From positions 1 to 52,233 of the IMG/VR virus record IMGVR_UViG_3300037151_000077: a DNA stretch of 52,233 bases. One strand, given 5' to 3'. Positions 45,995 through 52,233 of the stretch are shown one piece after another. A model generated the notes under the pieces. The model did no database searches, was not told the origin of the DNA, and worked only from the letters and a program-made list of their open reading frames with translations. Position 1 is the stretch's first letter; each line of letters begins with the position of its first letter. A program made the translations under genes and the position numbers. This stretch comes from a virus (taxonomy: Duplodnaviria; Caudoviricetes).

Positions 45995-46312
45995 ATGAAG
46001 ATCGCAATTTTAGAAACCAAAGCACTGGCCTATGCCAAAGACATCAAAGACGGCATTGAAGCGGCCGGCGAAGATGCCGTGAAGCTTGCCACGTTCATGC
46101 AGAACAACCAGGCGAAGATCGTCGCGCTGGCGAGCCTGGCAGGACCGGAAGCGGCTGCCGTCACGAGCGCCGGCACTGGGCTCCTCAACCTGGCGATCAC
46201 AGCGGTCAAGGGTGCGGGCGATGCAGCCTCCGCCAATGGCGTGAACGTCAGTCTGGATGCGGCGGCGGTTGCCGAAGTCAAGGCAGCCATCACGGCGGTC
46301 GAGAAGATCTAA
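45995..46312 (+). CDS. Ala-rich hypothetical protein
   Basis: Clean ORF in the lysis region. Confidence 0.7.
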   Translation: MKIAILETKALAYAKDIKDGIEAAGEDAVKLATFMQNNQAKIVALASLAGPEAAAVTSAGTGLLNLAITAVKGAGDAASANGVNVSLDAAAVAEVKAAITAVEKI

Positions 46313-46422
46313 ATCCACTTCCTGCTGCGGCAACGGAACCGACTCTAACTTTGGCTCGGCCAGCAGGGATTTTCCTCAAGCATAAAGTTCAGTTTGCCGA
46401 AAAGGCCGAATTCGCATATTCC

Positions 46423-47079
46423 ATGAAAACCGTACTATTATCAGCGTTACTGCTGCTCACGCTCGTTCTATCGGGCGGGGTCCTGGTGCTCGTGAAAGAC
46501 GTTCATCAGGACCTCGCGGCGGTGCACCAGAACCTCTCCTCGCTTGACCAGGTCCTCGGGCAGGCCTCCGCCACGGCAAAACATCTCAATCAAACTGTGG
46601 GGAAGGTCGATGGGGTTGTGAGCACTCTCAATGACGCAGCCACCGAAGAGAAAGCAAACTGGCAGGCAACGAGCAAGGAAACGGCCAAGACCGCAAGAGA
46701 CGTCCGGGCCCTCGTGGATGACTTTAGAAAATCAGCGCTCCATGTGAACCTTGTAACCCTGCCGTCGATCGACTCGCAGATTTCGGCGAACGGCGATCAG
46801 CTCAGGATGACAGTTGAGAAGTTGGGAGAATCGGCCGACGGCGTTACAGCGATCGCCGGCACATTGAATACTCGACTCGGCGATCCGCAAGTGACCGAAT
46901 TGCTGGCCCACGCCAATGTAATCGCTGGGCACTTCGAAACCATCGCTGCGAATTCCGCCCTCATGTCCGCTGATATGCAGTTAGCTGTACATCGCCTGGC
47001 GGCGCCGCCGACAAAGTTTCACCAGTTCCTAGACGCGACCTGGACCGCGGCGAAGGTCGGTTCCCTCTTTATCCCGTAA
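46423..47079 (+). CDS. N-anchored coiled-coil membrane protein (spanin-like candidate)
   Basis: N-terminal TM followed by a long helical region. Confidence 0.65.
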   Translation: MKTVLLSALLLLTLVLSGGVLVLVKDVHQDLAAVHQNLSSLDQVLGQASATAKHLNQTVGKVDGVVSTLNDAATEEKANWQATSKETAKTARDVRALVDDFRKSALHVNLVTLPSIDSQISANGDQLRMTVEKLGESADGVTAIAGTLNTRLGDPQVTELLAHANVIAGHFETIAANSALMSADMQLAVHRLAAPPTKFHQFLDATWTAAKVGSLFIP

Positions 47080-47232
47080 ATCTTCCCCCGCATTTATTTC
47101 GTCGAAAATTTCCGCCGCTAGTCGCAGTACGCTGCTGAAGGGGGCATTCTTCCCCAGCCGCTTTTTCGCCCGACGGAGAGCCTCGTTATGCAGATCGCTC
47201 GAGGCGTGCGTGTTGGGATCCGGTGCGCCCAT
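47029..47232 (-). CDS. Hypothetical protein
   Basis: GAGGA RBS; minus-strand TACAAT at 47254-47259. Confidence 0.5.
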   Translation of the reverse strand: MGAPDPNTHASSDLHNEALRRAKKRLGKNAPFSSVLRLAAEIFDEINAGEDLRDKEGTDLRRGPGRV

Positions 47233-47253
47233 TTCATTTCCTCAAAGAGTTGG

Positions 47254-47308
47254 ATTGTACAACTCCCTAACGCCACCGGCTGGCTTTAGGGCTCTTACGG
47301 CATAGAAT
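47254..47308. promoter_or_regulatory. Divergent promoter pair with a central 27-bp dyad
   Basis: -10 boxes TACAAT (minus) and TAGAAT (47303-47308); CCCTAACGCCA-CCGGC-TGGCTTTAGGG at 47265-47291. Confidence 0.6.
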
Positions 47309-47330
47309 CAAAATCAAGAGGTACCCAGCC

Positions 47331-47825
47331 ATGAGTCCGATTCCAGACGTCGCCCCGAAACCGGAGGCGGTGGATCTTCAGGCCATCGAATACGCCCGTC
47401 TGCAGAAATTGTTGGCCGACGCCACGGAAGCGGCCGAGGCCGCGGCGACTCCCGTCAAGAACCTCAAACTGGAACTGATCGAACTGGTGCGCAAGTTTGG
47501 CGGCGTGCACCGGGAAAAATCGAAGCTGCTCCACGGCATCGTCTGGGAGATGATGGCTACCTTTGGGCAGTCGACGTCACAGGACGCGGCGGCTGTGGAG
47601 CGGCTTCGCTTGGCTCTGGTGAAGGCAAAAAAGGCGCGGATTCTCAAGAAGCTCTTCACCAAGCAGATCAGCTGGCGGTTCAACTCCGACGCCTCCGAAG
47701 TGATCAAAGGCGAGAAACTGACGCCGAAACAAATGGCGCTCGTGCTGCAGTGCTTCGATACCGAAGACCGCACACCGACGCTCGATGTCCGCGAGAAGAA
47801 AAAAGCCGCCGCCGCCGGCGCATGA
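47331..47825 (+). CDS. Hypothetical protein (N-terminal coiled coil)
   Basis: GAGGT RBS. Confidence 0.75.
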   Translation: MSPIPDVAPKPEAVDLQAIEYARLQKLLADATEAAEAAATPVKNLKLELIELVRKFGGVHREKSKLLHGIVWEMMATFGQSTSQDAAAVERLRLALVKAKKARILKKLFTKQISWRFNSDASEVIKGEKLTPKQMALVLQCFDTEDRTPTLDVREKKKAAAAGA

Positions 47826-48166
47826 TTTCAGGAATGGTGCAAACTATGTCGCTGAGGAGAATGCCGAACCCACCGAATCCGCCGAGCATGAAGTCCGTCC
47901 AAGCTCCCGACTACCGCGAAGCCTATGCCAACAGCGTGCAGATCCGGGTCAATCTCTGGGATTTCTTTCTCATGTTCGGAACCATCCAGGGCTCGGATGC
48001 CGAGCTTGAGCTGCGAAATTTTCAGGGAATCTATTTCAGCCCGCAACAGGCCAAGGCGCTCACCGCGCTCCTGCAGCAGAACCTCAAGAATTACGAGGCT
48101 GCGTTTGGCGAGATCAAGCTGGACCCACGAGTTCCCGCGGTTGTCCCTCCGGCGCTCCCTTCCTAA
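47822..48166 (+). CDS. DUF3467-like protein
   Basis: YREAYANSVQIRVNLWDFFLMFG...GIYFSPQQAKAL...YEAAFGEI; start uncertain. Confidence 0.75.
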   Translation: MISGMVQTMSLRRMPNPPNPPSMKSVQAPDYREAYANSVQIRVNLWDFFLMFGTIQGSDAELELRNFQGIYFSPQQAKALTALLQQNLKNYEAAFGEIKLDPRVPAVVPPALPS

Positions 48167-48228
48167 TAGAATTGCTTCGTATTGCTCCCCGCCGGATTCA
48201 GCGATGGCCCTTCCCAACCGAGGGAACG

Positions 48229-48259
48229 TTGACTCCGGCCTTTTCTTTTTTGCTATACT
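48229..48259 (+). promoter_or_regulatory. Extended -10 promoter
   Basis: TGcTATACT at 48251-48259; TTGACT 19 bp upstream of the -10 box. Confidence 0.55.
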
Positions 48260-48270
48260 CCGATCCCGTC

Positions 48271-48678
48271 GTGGGTCTCTATAACTTCCAGCCGCGGTTC
48301 GTGCCCTTCGTGAAAGATGGATCGAAGAGGCACACCATCCGCGCCAAGCGTGTACATCCCGACAAACCCGGCAACACGCTGCATCTCTACATCGGCCTCC
48401 GAACCCGGGGCGTCGAACTCATCGGCCGCTCGACCTGCCTCCACGTGGAAGATATTGTTATCAGCGAGGCGCTCCAAGTGTTCGTCGACGGCGTGGAACT
48501 GTCGGCCTCGGAAAAGAACGCGCTGGCATTCTGTGATGGGTTCCGATCTCGCGGCGTCGAGCACGCCTTCGAAGAAATGATGGAGTTCTGGGAAGGGCGA
48601 CTTCCGTTCGTGGGCGACATCATTCACTGGAGCAAGGATCTGCAGCAAGGAAAGGAGAGGTGTCATGTACCGAAATGA
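48271..48678 (+). CDS. ASCH/PUA-like protein
   Basis: FQPRFVPFVKDGSKRHTIR...PGNTLHLYIGLRT...A..DGF...IIHW. Confidence 0.75.
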   Translation: MGLYNFQPRFVPFVKDGSKRHTIRAKRVHPDKPGNTLHLYIGLRTRGVELIGRSTCLHVEDIVISEALQVFVDGVELSASEKNALAFCDGFRSRGVEHAFEEMMEFWEGRLPFVGDIIHWSKDLQQGKERCHVPK

Positions 48679-49000
48679 AGCTCAGCAATGCCAAGCAATC
48701 CGCATTCTGCTTTCCTCGCTCAACCTCCAACATCTCTGGACTGAAAAAGGTCCGACGCAACGCGCCTGCGAATGGCTCGAAAGTTCTCCGCTTTCCTCCG
48801 GAGAACAGGTTCTCTTGCGGTGCGCCTTCGATTTCTGGAATGGCGAAGGGAAGGTCACACTGTACCGCGATCTGTTAGGCACACTCGACAGCCCGCGACT
48901 CGGAAAAGTTCTCACACTGGCAATGGCTGTCAATAGCGGAAGCGAAACAGTGGATCGCTGGATCTCGCAGGAAGGCCCATTCGAAGACATCGCATCATGA
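48665..49000 (+). CDS. Hypothetical protein
   Basis: GGAGAGG RBS; LSSGEQVLL..AFDFWNG motif. Confidence 0.7.
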   Translation: MYRNEAQQCQAIRILLSSLNLQHLWTEKGPTQRACEWLESSPLSSGEQVLLRCAFDFWNGEGKVTLYRDLLGTLDSPRLGKVLTLAMAVNSGSETVDRWISQEGPFEDIAS

Positions 49001-49066
49001 TCGGGGACCGAGTGCCGTTGCGTGTCCGGGTTCCGGTCCCGCCGTGCTCGCGCAGTTTCTTCGATC

Positions 49067-49399
49067 TTACGCCGCCTTCGCTGTTTTTCCTCCCGGCGGT
49101 GTGATCGCATCCTTCGCGGCTTTGGCCATGCGGAATTTTACGACCGTCCGCGCCTTGATCTGAATCGCTTCGCCGTTCTGCGGGTTGCGGCCGATGCGGG
49201 CCTTGCGATGCGCCTTCACTAACCTTCCAATTCCAGGCAGCACGAAGACGCCGTTTTTCTTCGTCTCTTTGATGGCTATGTCGGCGAGCTCCTCGAGGAA
49301 CGAGGCGGCCGTCTTATTGTTCACTTCAAGTTCCTCGGCGAGATGCCGGGTCAGTTGCGTCTTGGTCATCGTCAGCGTTGTCATTTTTAGCGTGGTCAT
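49067..49399 (-). CDS. hup: HU family DNA-binding protein
   Basis: MTKTQL...LPGIGRL...RKARIGRNPQNGEAIQIKARTVVKF; GGAGGA RBS. Confidence 0.95.
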   Translation of the reverse strand: MTTLKMTTLTMTKTQLTRHLAEELEVNNKTAASFLEELADIAIKETKKNGVFVLPGIGRLVKAHRKARIGRNPQNGEAIQIKARTVVKFRMAKAAKDAITPPGGKTAKAA

Positions 49400-49488
49400 T
49401 CGGGGAAATCCTCCGACCCGCATACTAACTGAGTTTTCCACCGCTTTCCACAGACCGCACAGGAGAGATCGGCGCTACGATCCCGCCG

Positions 49489-50688
49489 ATGCCCGCTTTA
49501 GCCCAGCTGCTGGCTTTCCCCTCGAGACCGAAACAGCGTCTCGCCATATTGCCAGTCGAAGCGGCCGCTCCGGATCTGATTCTCACCCCGCCCGTTCCAC
49601 CCCCTCCGAAAAAACCTCGCCGCCGGCGCAAGCCTCCGGTCTCGCTCTCGGACGCGCAGCTGCTGGCTTTGCTCGAGCGGGCAAAAGCTCATCGCGAGCG
49701 CGACTGGGTCATGATTCTGGTGACCTACTGGCACGGGCTGCGGGCTTCTGAGACGATCTCCCTGCGCGAGCGCGACTTCGACCTGGCGGAAGGGACGGTC
49801 AAATTCGTCCGCGGCAAGGGGTCGGATGGCGGAGAGCAGACGCTGCAGGAGCACGAGAATCCGCTGCTCAATGAGCGCGCGGCGATCGCAGCCTGGCTGA
49901 AGGACCGCGGCCAGTTCGGAGTGAAGGGCGGAGCGAAACGGCAAGTTGGGAGGAACCATGCGCACAATTCAGATTCTTCTGTGGATTCTGGTCGTTCTCG
50001 AAGTGTCGGAGTGGATCACGTTTCTAATCATCAAGCCGTGGAGGCAGCGCTAGCCGCGAATTCGGCTGAAGGCAAGCAGCCAGCCGGTGGCGATCAAGCC
50101 CATGATCAGCCAGCCGTACCAGGGTATAGCGACGACGACCGAGGCCGCGCATACGCCGAAGGTCAAAACGACGACGGCGATCGCCTGCCAGTGGGACATG
50201 AGAAAAAGATTACACCCTCAAAAACCAGACAAAGTAATGAGATTGTCAGAAATTTGGGGGGTCCCACGAAAGTGCCACCTGGGGATATCTGGGCTTGGCC
50301 GCCTGATAAGCCAGCTGGTGGCTGCAAACCCTCACCCGACCCCTCGCGTGCTGCCCTAGAGCCTCCAGCGCCGCCGCAAACCCCCTCGGATCGTCTCTTC
50401 CCAATCACCCGGCAGCATTTCTGGGCTATCGTTCACGGTTACGCCCTGGCTGCAGGGATCCCCAGGCGCAAGTGTAAAACCCACATGCTGAAGCACACGA
50501 TCGCCAAGCACTTAGTCCGGGCCGGACACCCCTTGAATGAGATCCAGGAGTGGATGGGCTGGTCATCGATCGAGACGATGAACTGGTACACGCGTGCCGA
50601 CGAGGAAGAGCTAGGTCATCGGATCGGTGATAGCATTCGGGCGAAGCAAGGCCTGCGCCAGGTGCAGCAGGGGAGTTTGTTCTCGTGA
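49489..50688 (+). CDS. Tyrosine recombinase (FimB/FimE-like, catalytic domain only) with large in-frame insertion
   Basis: HGLRASE (Arg), RGKG (Lys), HMLKH, MGW, WYT (Tyr). Confidence 0.85.
   Translation: MPALAQLLAFPSRPKQRLAILPVEAAAPDLILTPPVPPPPKKPRRRRKPPVSLSDAQLLALLERAKAHRERDWVMILVTYWHGLRASETISLRERDFDLAEGTVKFVRGKGSDGGEQTLQEHENPLLNERAAIAAWLKDRGQFGVKGGAKRQVGRNHAHNSDSSVDSGRSRSVGVDHVSNHQAVEAALAANSAEGKQPAGGDQAHDQPAVPGYSDDDRGRAYAEGQNDDGDRLPVGHEKKITPSKTRQSNEIVRNLGGPTKVPPGDIWAWPPDKPAGGCKPSPDPSRAALEPPAPPQTPSDRLFPITRQHFWAIVHGYALAAGIPRRKCKTHMLKHTIAKHLVRAGHPLNEIQEWMGWSSIETMNWYTRADEEELGHRIGDSIRAKQGLRQVQQGSLFS
49958..50053 (+). CDS. Nested 31-aa hydrophobic peptide (+1 frame within recombinase)
   Basis: GGGAGGAACC-ATG; MRTIQILLWILVVLEVSEWITFLIIKPWRQR. 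Confidence 0.55.
   Translation: MRTIQILLWILVVLEVSEWITFLIIKPWRQR
50050..50199 (-). CDS. Nested antisense 49-aa two-TM membrane protein
   Basis: MSHWQAIAVVVLTFGVCAASVVVAIPWYGWLIMGLIATGWLLAFSRIRG. Confidence 0.55.
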   Translation of the reverse strand: MSHWQAIAVVVLTFGVCAASVVVAIPWYGWLIMGLIATGWLLAFSRIRG

Positions 50689-51023
50689 GCAAACGCAAGA
50701 AAAATCCGCGCGATCTCGCCGCACGAGGCTTCTGTCCCTCTTGCAGCAAATCCACAAAGCAAGGGCCGTATCTGCGAGGCGCCAACGTTTTCCTCTATGT
50801 CTGCGATAGATGCCCTGAGACCATGTTGCTCGCGACCTCGCCGGATCAAGACTTCATTGAACTGAGCCCGGGGCAGTGGCGGGCGATCGAGAACTGGCAC
50901 GCGGAACACATGGGAGCTATCTATGAATTCGAGGAGCGGACGATGGCCTCGATTCATCAAGAGTTCCCCAAAATGCTTGTGCGGATCTTGACACCGCGCG
51001 GCGCTCGGACCGGGACTGCATGA
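50685..51023 (+). CDS. Zn-ribbon-like protein
   Basis: CPSC...CDRC; GTGA coupling. Confidence 0.65.
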   Translation: MSKRKKNPRDLAARGFCPSCSKSTKQGPYLRGANVFLYVCDRCPETMLLATSPDQDFIELSPGQWRAIENWHAEHMGAIYEFEERTMASIHQEFPKMLVRILTPRGARTGTA

Positions 51024-51026
51024 GTC

Positions 51027-51251
51027 ATGACAGGTAAATTCACGCTCGAGCTTACGCTCTCGGAAAAGATGGCGCTCACCGATGCCCTGGTCGAGCACAT
51101 CCGCTGCCCCAACTCGACAGAAGTTTTCGTCAACTGCTCAGAGGCGCCACCGGTCGAGACCACGATCGGCGAACTGATACGGCTCGTCACCGATGCGAAG
51201 TATGTCCCGGCACCGGAAGAAATCCCCGATCCGAAAACCCGCGCAGTTTAA
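51027..51251 (+). CDS. Hypothetical protein
   Basis: Clean ORF in the operon. Confidence 0.6.
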   Translation: MTGKFTLELTLSEKMALTDALVEHIRCPNSTEVFVNCSEAPPVETTIGELIRLVTDAKYVPAPEEIPDPKTRAV

Positions 51252-51285
51252 ACTAAGCCACCGGCTGGCTATCTGCATTTGTCCC

Positions 51286-51314
51286 TTGACCAGTATTCCC
51301 TGATCCACTAAAGT
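51286..51314 (+). promoter_or_regulatory. Sigma70-type promoter
   Basis: TTGACC-17-TAAAGT. Confidence 0.65.
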
Positions 51315-51442
51315 CTGATCCCGTTGTTGGCATTCAGCGCGGGCCGCGAGCAGGCGGGCGCGCTTGAACGAGCTGGGGTCGGGAGCACGACGCGCAAAGC
51401 GGGCCAGATCGAGGGGGTGCGCAGACCGGCCCCGTTTTTCAA

Positions 51443-51691
51443 ATGTTAGCCGTCAAAGCGAAATACGTGCGACGCTCGATCTGCGATTGTGGCTTCTCCG
51501 TAATGCGTGATGAAGTACCGCTCGGCAAAATCTATCTCGCTTACCCGGCCACGATCGAACGGGACTGGCGTATGCGCTGCGGCGGCTGCGGCGAAACATC
51601 ACAGCTTGCCAGCATTGTGGTGGACGATGGGCAACGGCCGGTGGGAAGACTCCCGTTAGGCATTCTCGAACTGGATGAGGAGGTCGCATGA
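51443..51691 (+). CDS. Small Cys-containing protein
   Basis: CDCG...CGGCG. Confidence 0.65.
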   Translation: MLAVKAKYVRRSICDCGFSVMRDEVPLGKIYLAYPATIERDWRMRCGGCGETSQLASIVVDDGQRPVGRLPLGILELDEEVA

Positions 51692-52233
51692 ACTGTCAAT
51701 TCCAGGACGAAGTCGAGATGGCACTCGCCATGACGCGGCGCGAGATGGTCGAGGATCCCGGCGAGATCTGGCCGCGCGTGCTCGCCTTCGAGTGCGGTCC
51801 GGAGAGAAAACTGGTTTGGTCGCACATCGATCCCCGCATGATGGCCGACTGGCGCAGTAAGAACGTAATCGGAACCCGGATCGTCCGGGACTGTTTCATT
51901 TCGAAGGTTGTGGTCTTTCTCTCCGATGGCTTCCACAACTCGCCAGCGCCAGGCAAAACATTCGCCGATTATCCGCGCAGCTTCGCCGAGTGGCCGAAAG
52001 AGCTCATTCACGAAACCCTGCTGGTATGGGTCAATGCCCAGGGCATGGGGGGATTCAACCTCGAGCATCCCTATACCCGTGACGAGAAGGGCCGGCGCGT
52101 TTTCGCTCCGGAGCCGGAACTGTGCCCTGCCAAGCTCTTCAGCCGCTTCAGTTTCGATCTCAGCACCGCGACCGAGGAGGAGGCTGCCATCGAAGCGCTT
52201 CTTTCGGGCGTACAGATTCAAAAGCGGGCCTGA
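51688..52233 (+). CDS. Hypothetical protein
   Basis: GAGGAGG RBS, ATGA coupling. Confidence 0.7.
   Translation: MNCQFQDEVEMALAMTRREMVEDPGEIWPRVLAFECGPERKLVWSHIDPRMMADWRSKNVIGTRIVRDCFISKVVVFLSDGFHNSPAPGKTFADYPRSFAEWPKELIHETLLVWVNAQGMGGFNLEHPYTRDEKGRRVFAPEPELCPAKLFSRFSFDLSTATEEEAAIEALLSGVQIQKRA

Larger units (their letters stand above)
1..52233. mobile_element. Temperate HK97-type siphovirus genome or prophage (near complete; att/ends not identified)
   Basis: Syntenic HNH-terS-terL-portal-protease-capsid-neck-tail-tape measure-lysis module, plus an early operon and two recombinases. No host housekeeping operons are visible. Confidence 0.95.

Noticed and set aside
49910-50390. Possible intein or intron in the recombinase
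   Set aside because: No splice motifs or recognisable group I/II features; nested ORFs explain it better.
1-52233. tRNA, rRNA or att core
   Set aside because: No cloverleaf, rRNA or terminal direct repeat recognised by eye; tRNAscan and flanking sequence would be needed.

Overview
The window is a ~52 kb, GC-rich temperate siphovirus genome or prophage with an HK97-type head. It is circularly permuted relative to the likely cos region at ~15.8 kb. The host is probably Acidobacteriota, inferred from the phage-borne HU and DUF3467-like genes. Layout: (1) 1-9.1 kb, a leftward early operon with small cassette-like genes, an HNH protein, a PD-(D/E)XK-like nuclease, a HerA-like ATPase and an HTH replication-type protein; (2) 9.2-15.4 kb, accessory and regulatory genes, a candidate structured ncRNA and a resolvase-type serine recombinase; (3) 15.4-40.3 kb, packaging, head, neck and tail genes; (4) 40.3-44.8 kb, three GT31/Fringe-like glycosyltransferases (one fused to a GT2/GT12-like domain) plus a SAM methyltransferase; (5) 44.9-47.1 kb, a SleB-type lysis region; (6) 47.3-52.2 kb, an accessory module with HU and a FimB-like tyrosine recombinase. 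Top observations: the recombinase carries a ~160-codon in-frame insertion containing two convergent nested small membrane-protein ORFs; a GCCA-N5-TGGC dyad motif both brackets and sits inside the recombinase module; the putative virion-glycosylation locus; a ~220-nt structured intergenic RNA candidate; and small early genes joined by shared 33-bp junction repeats. All family assignments come from motif recognition by eye, with no database searches.
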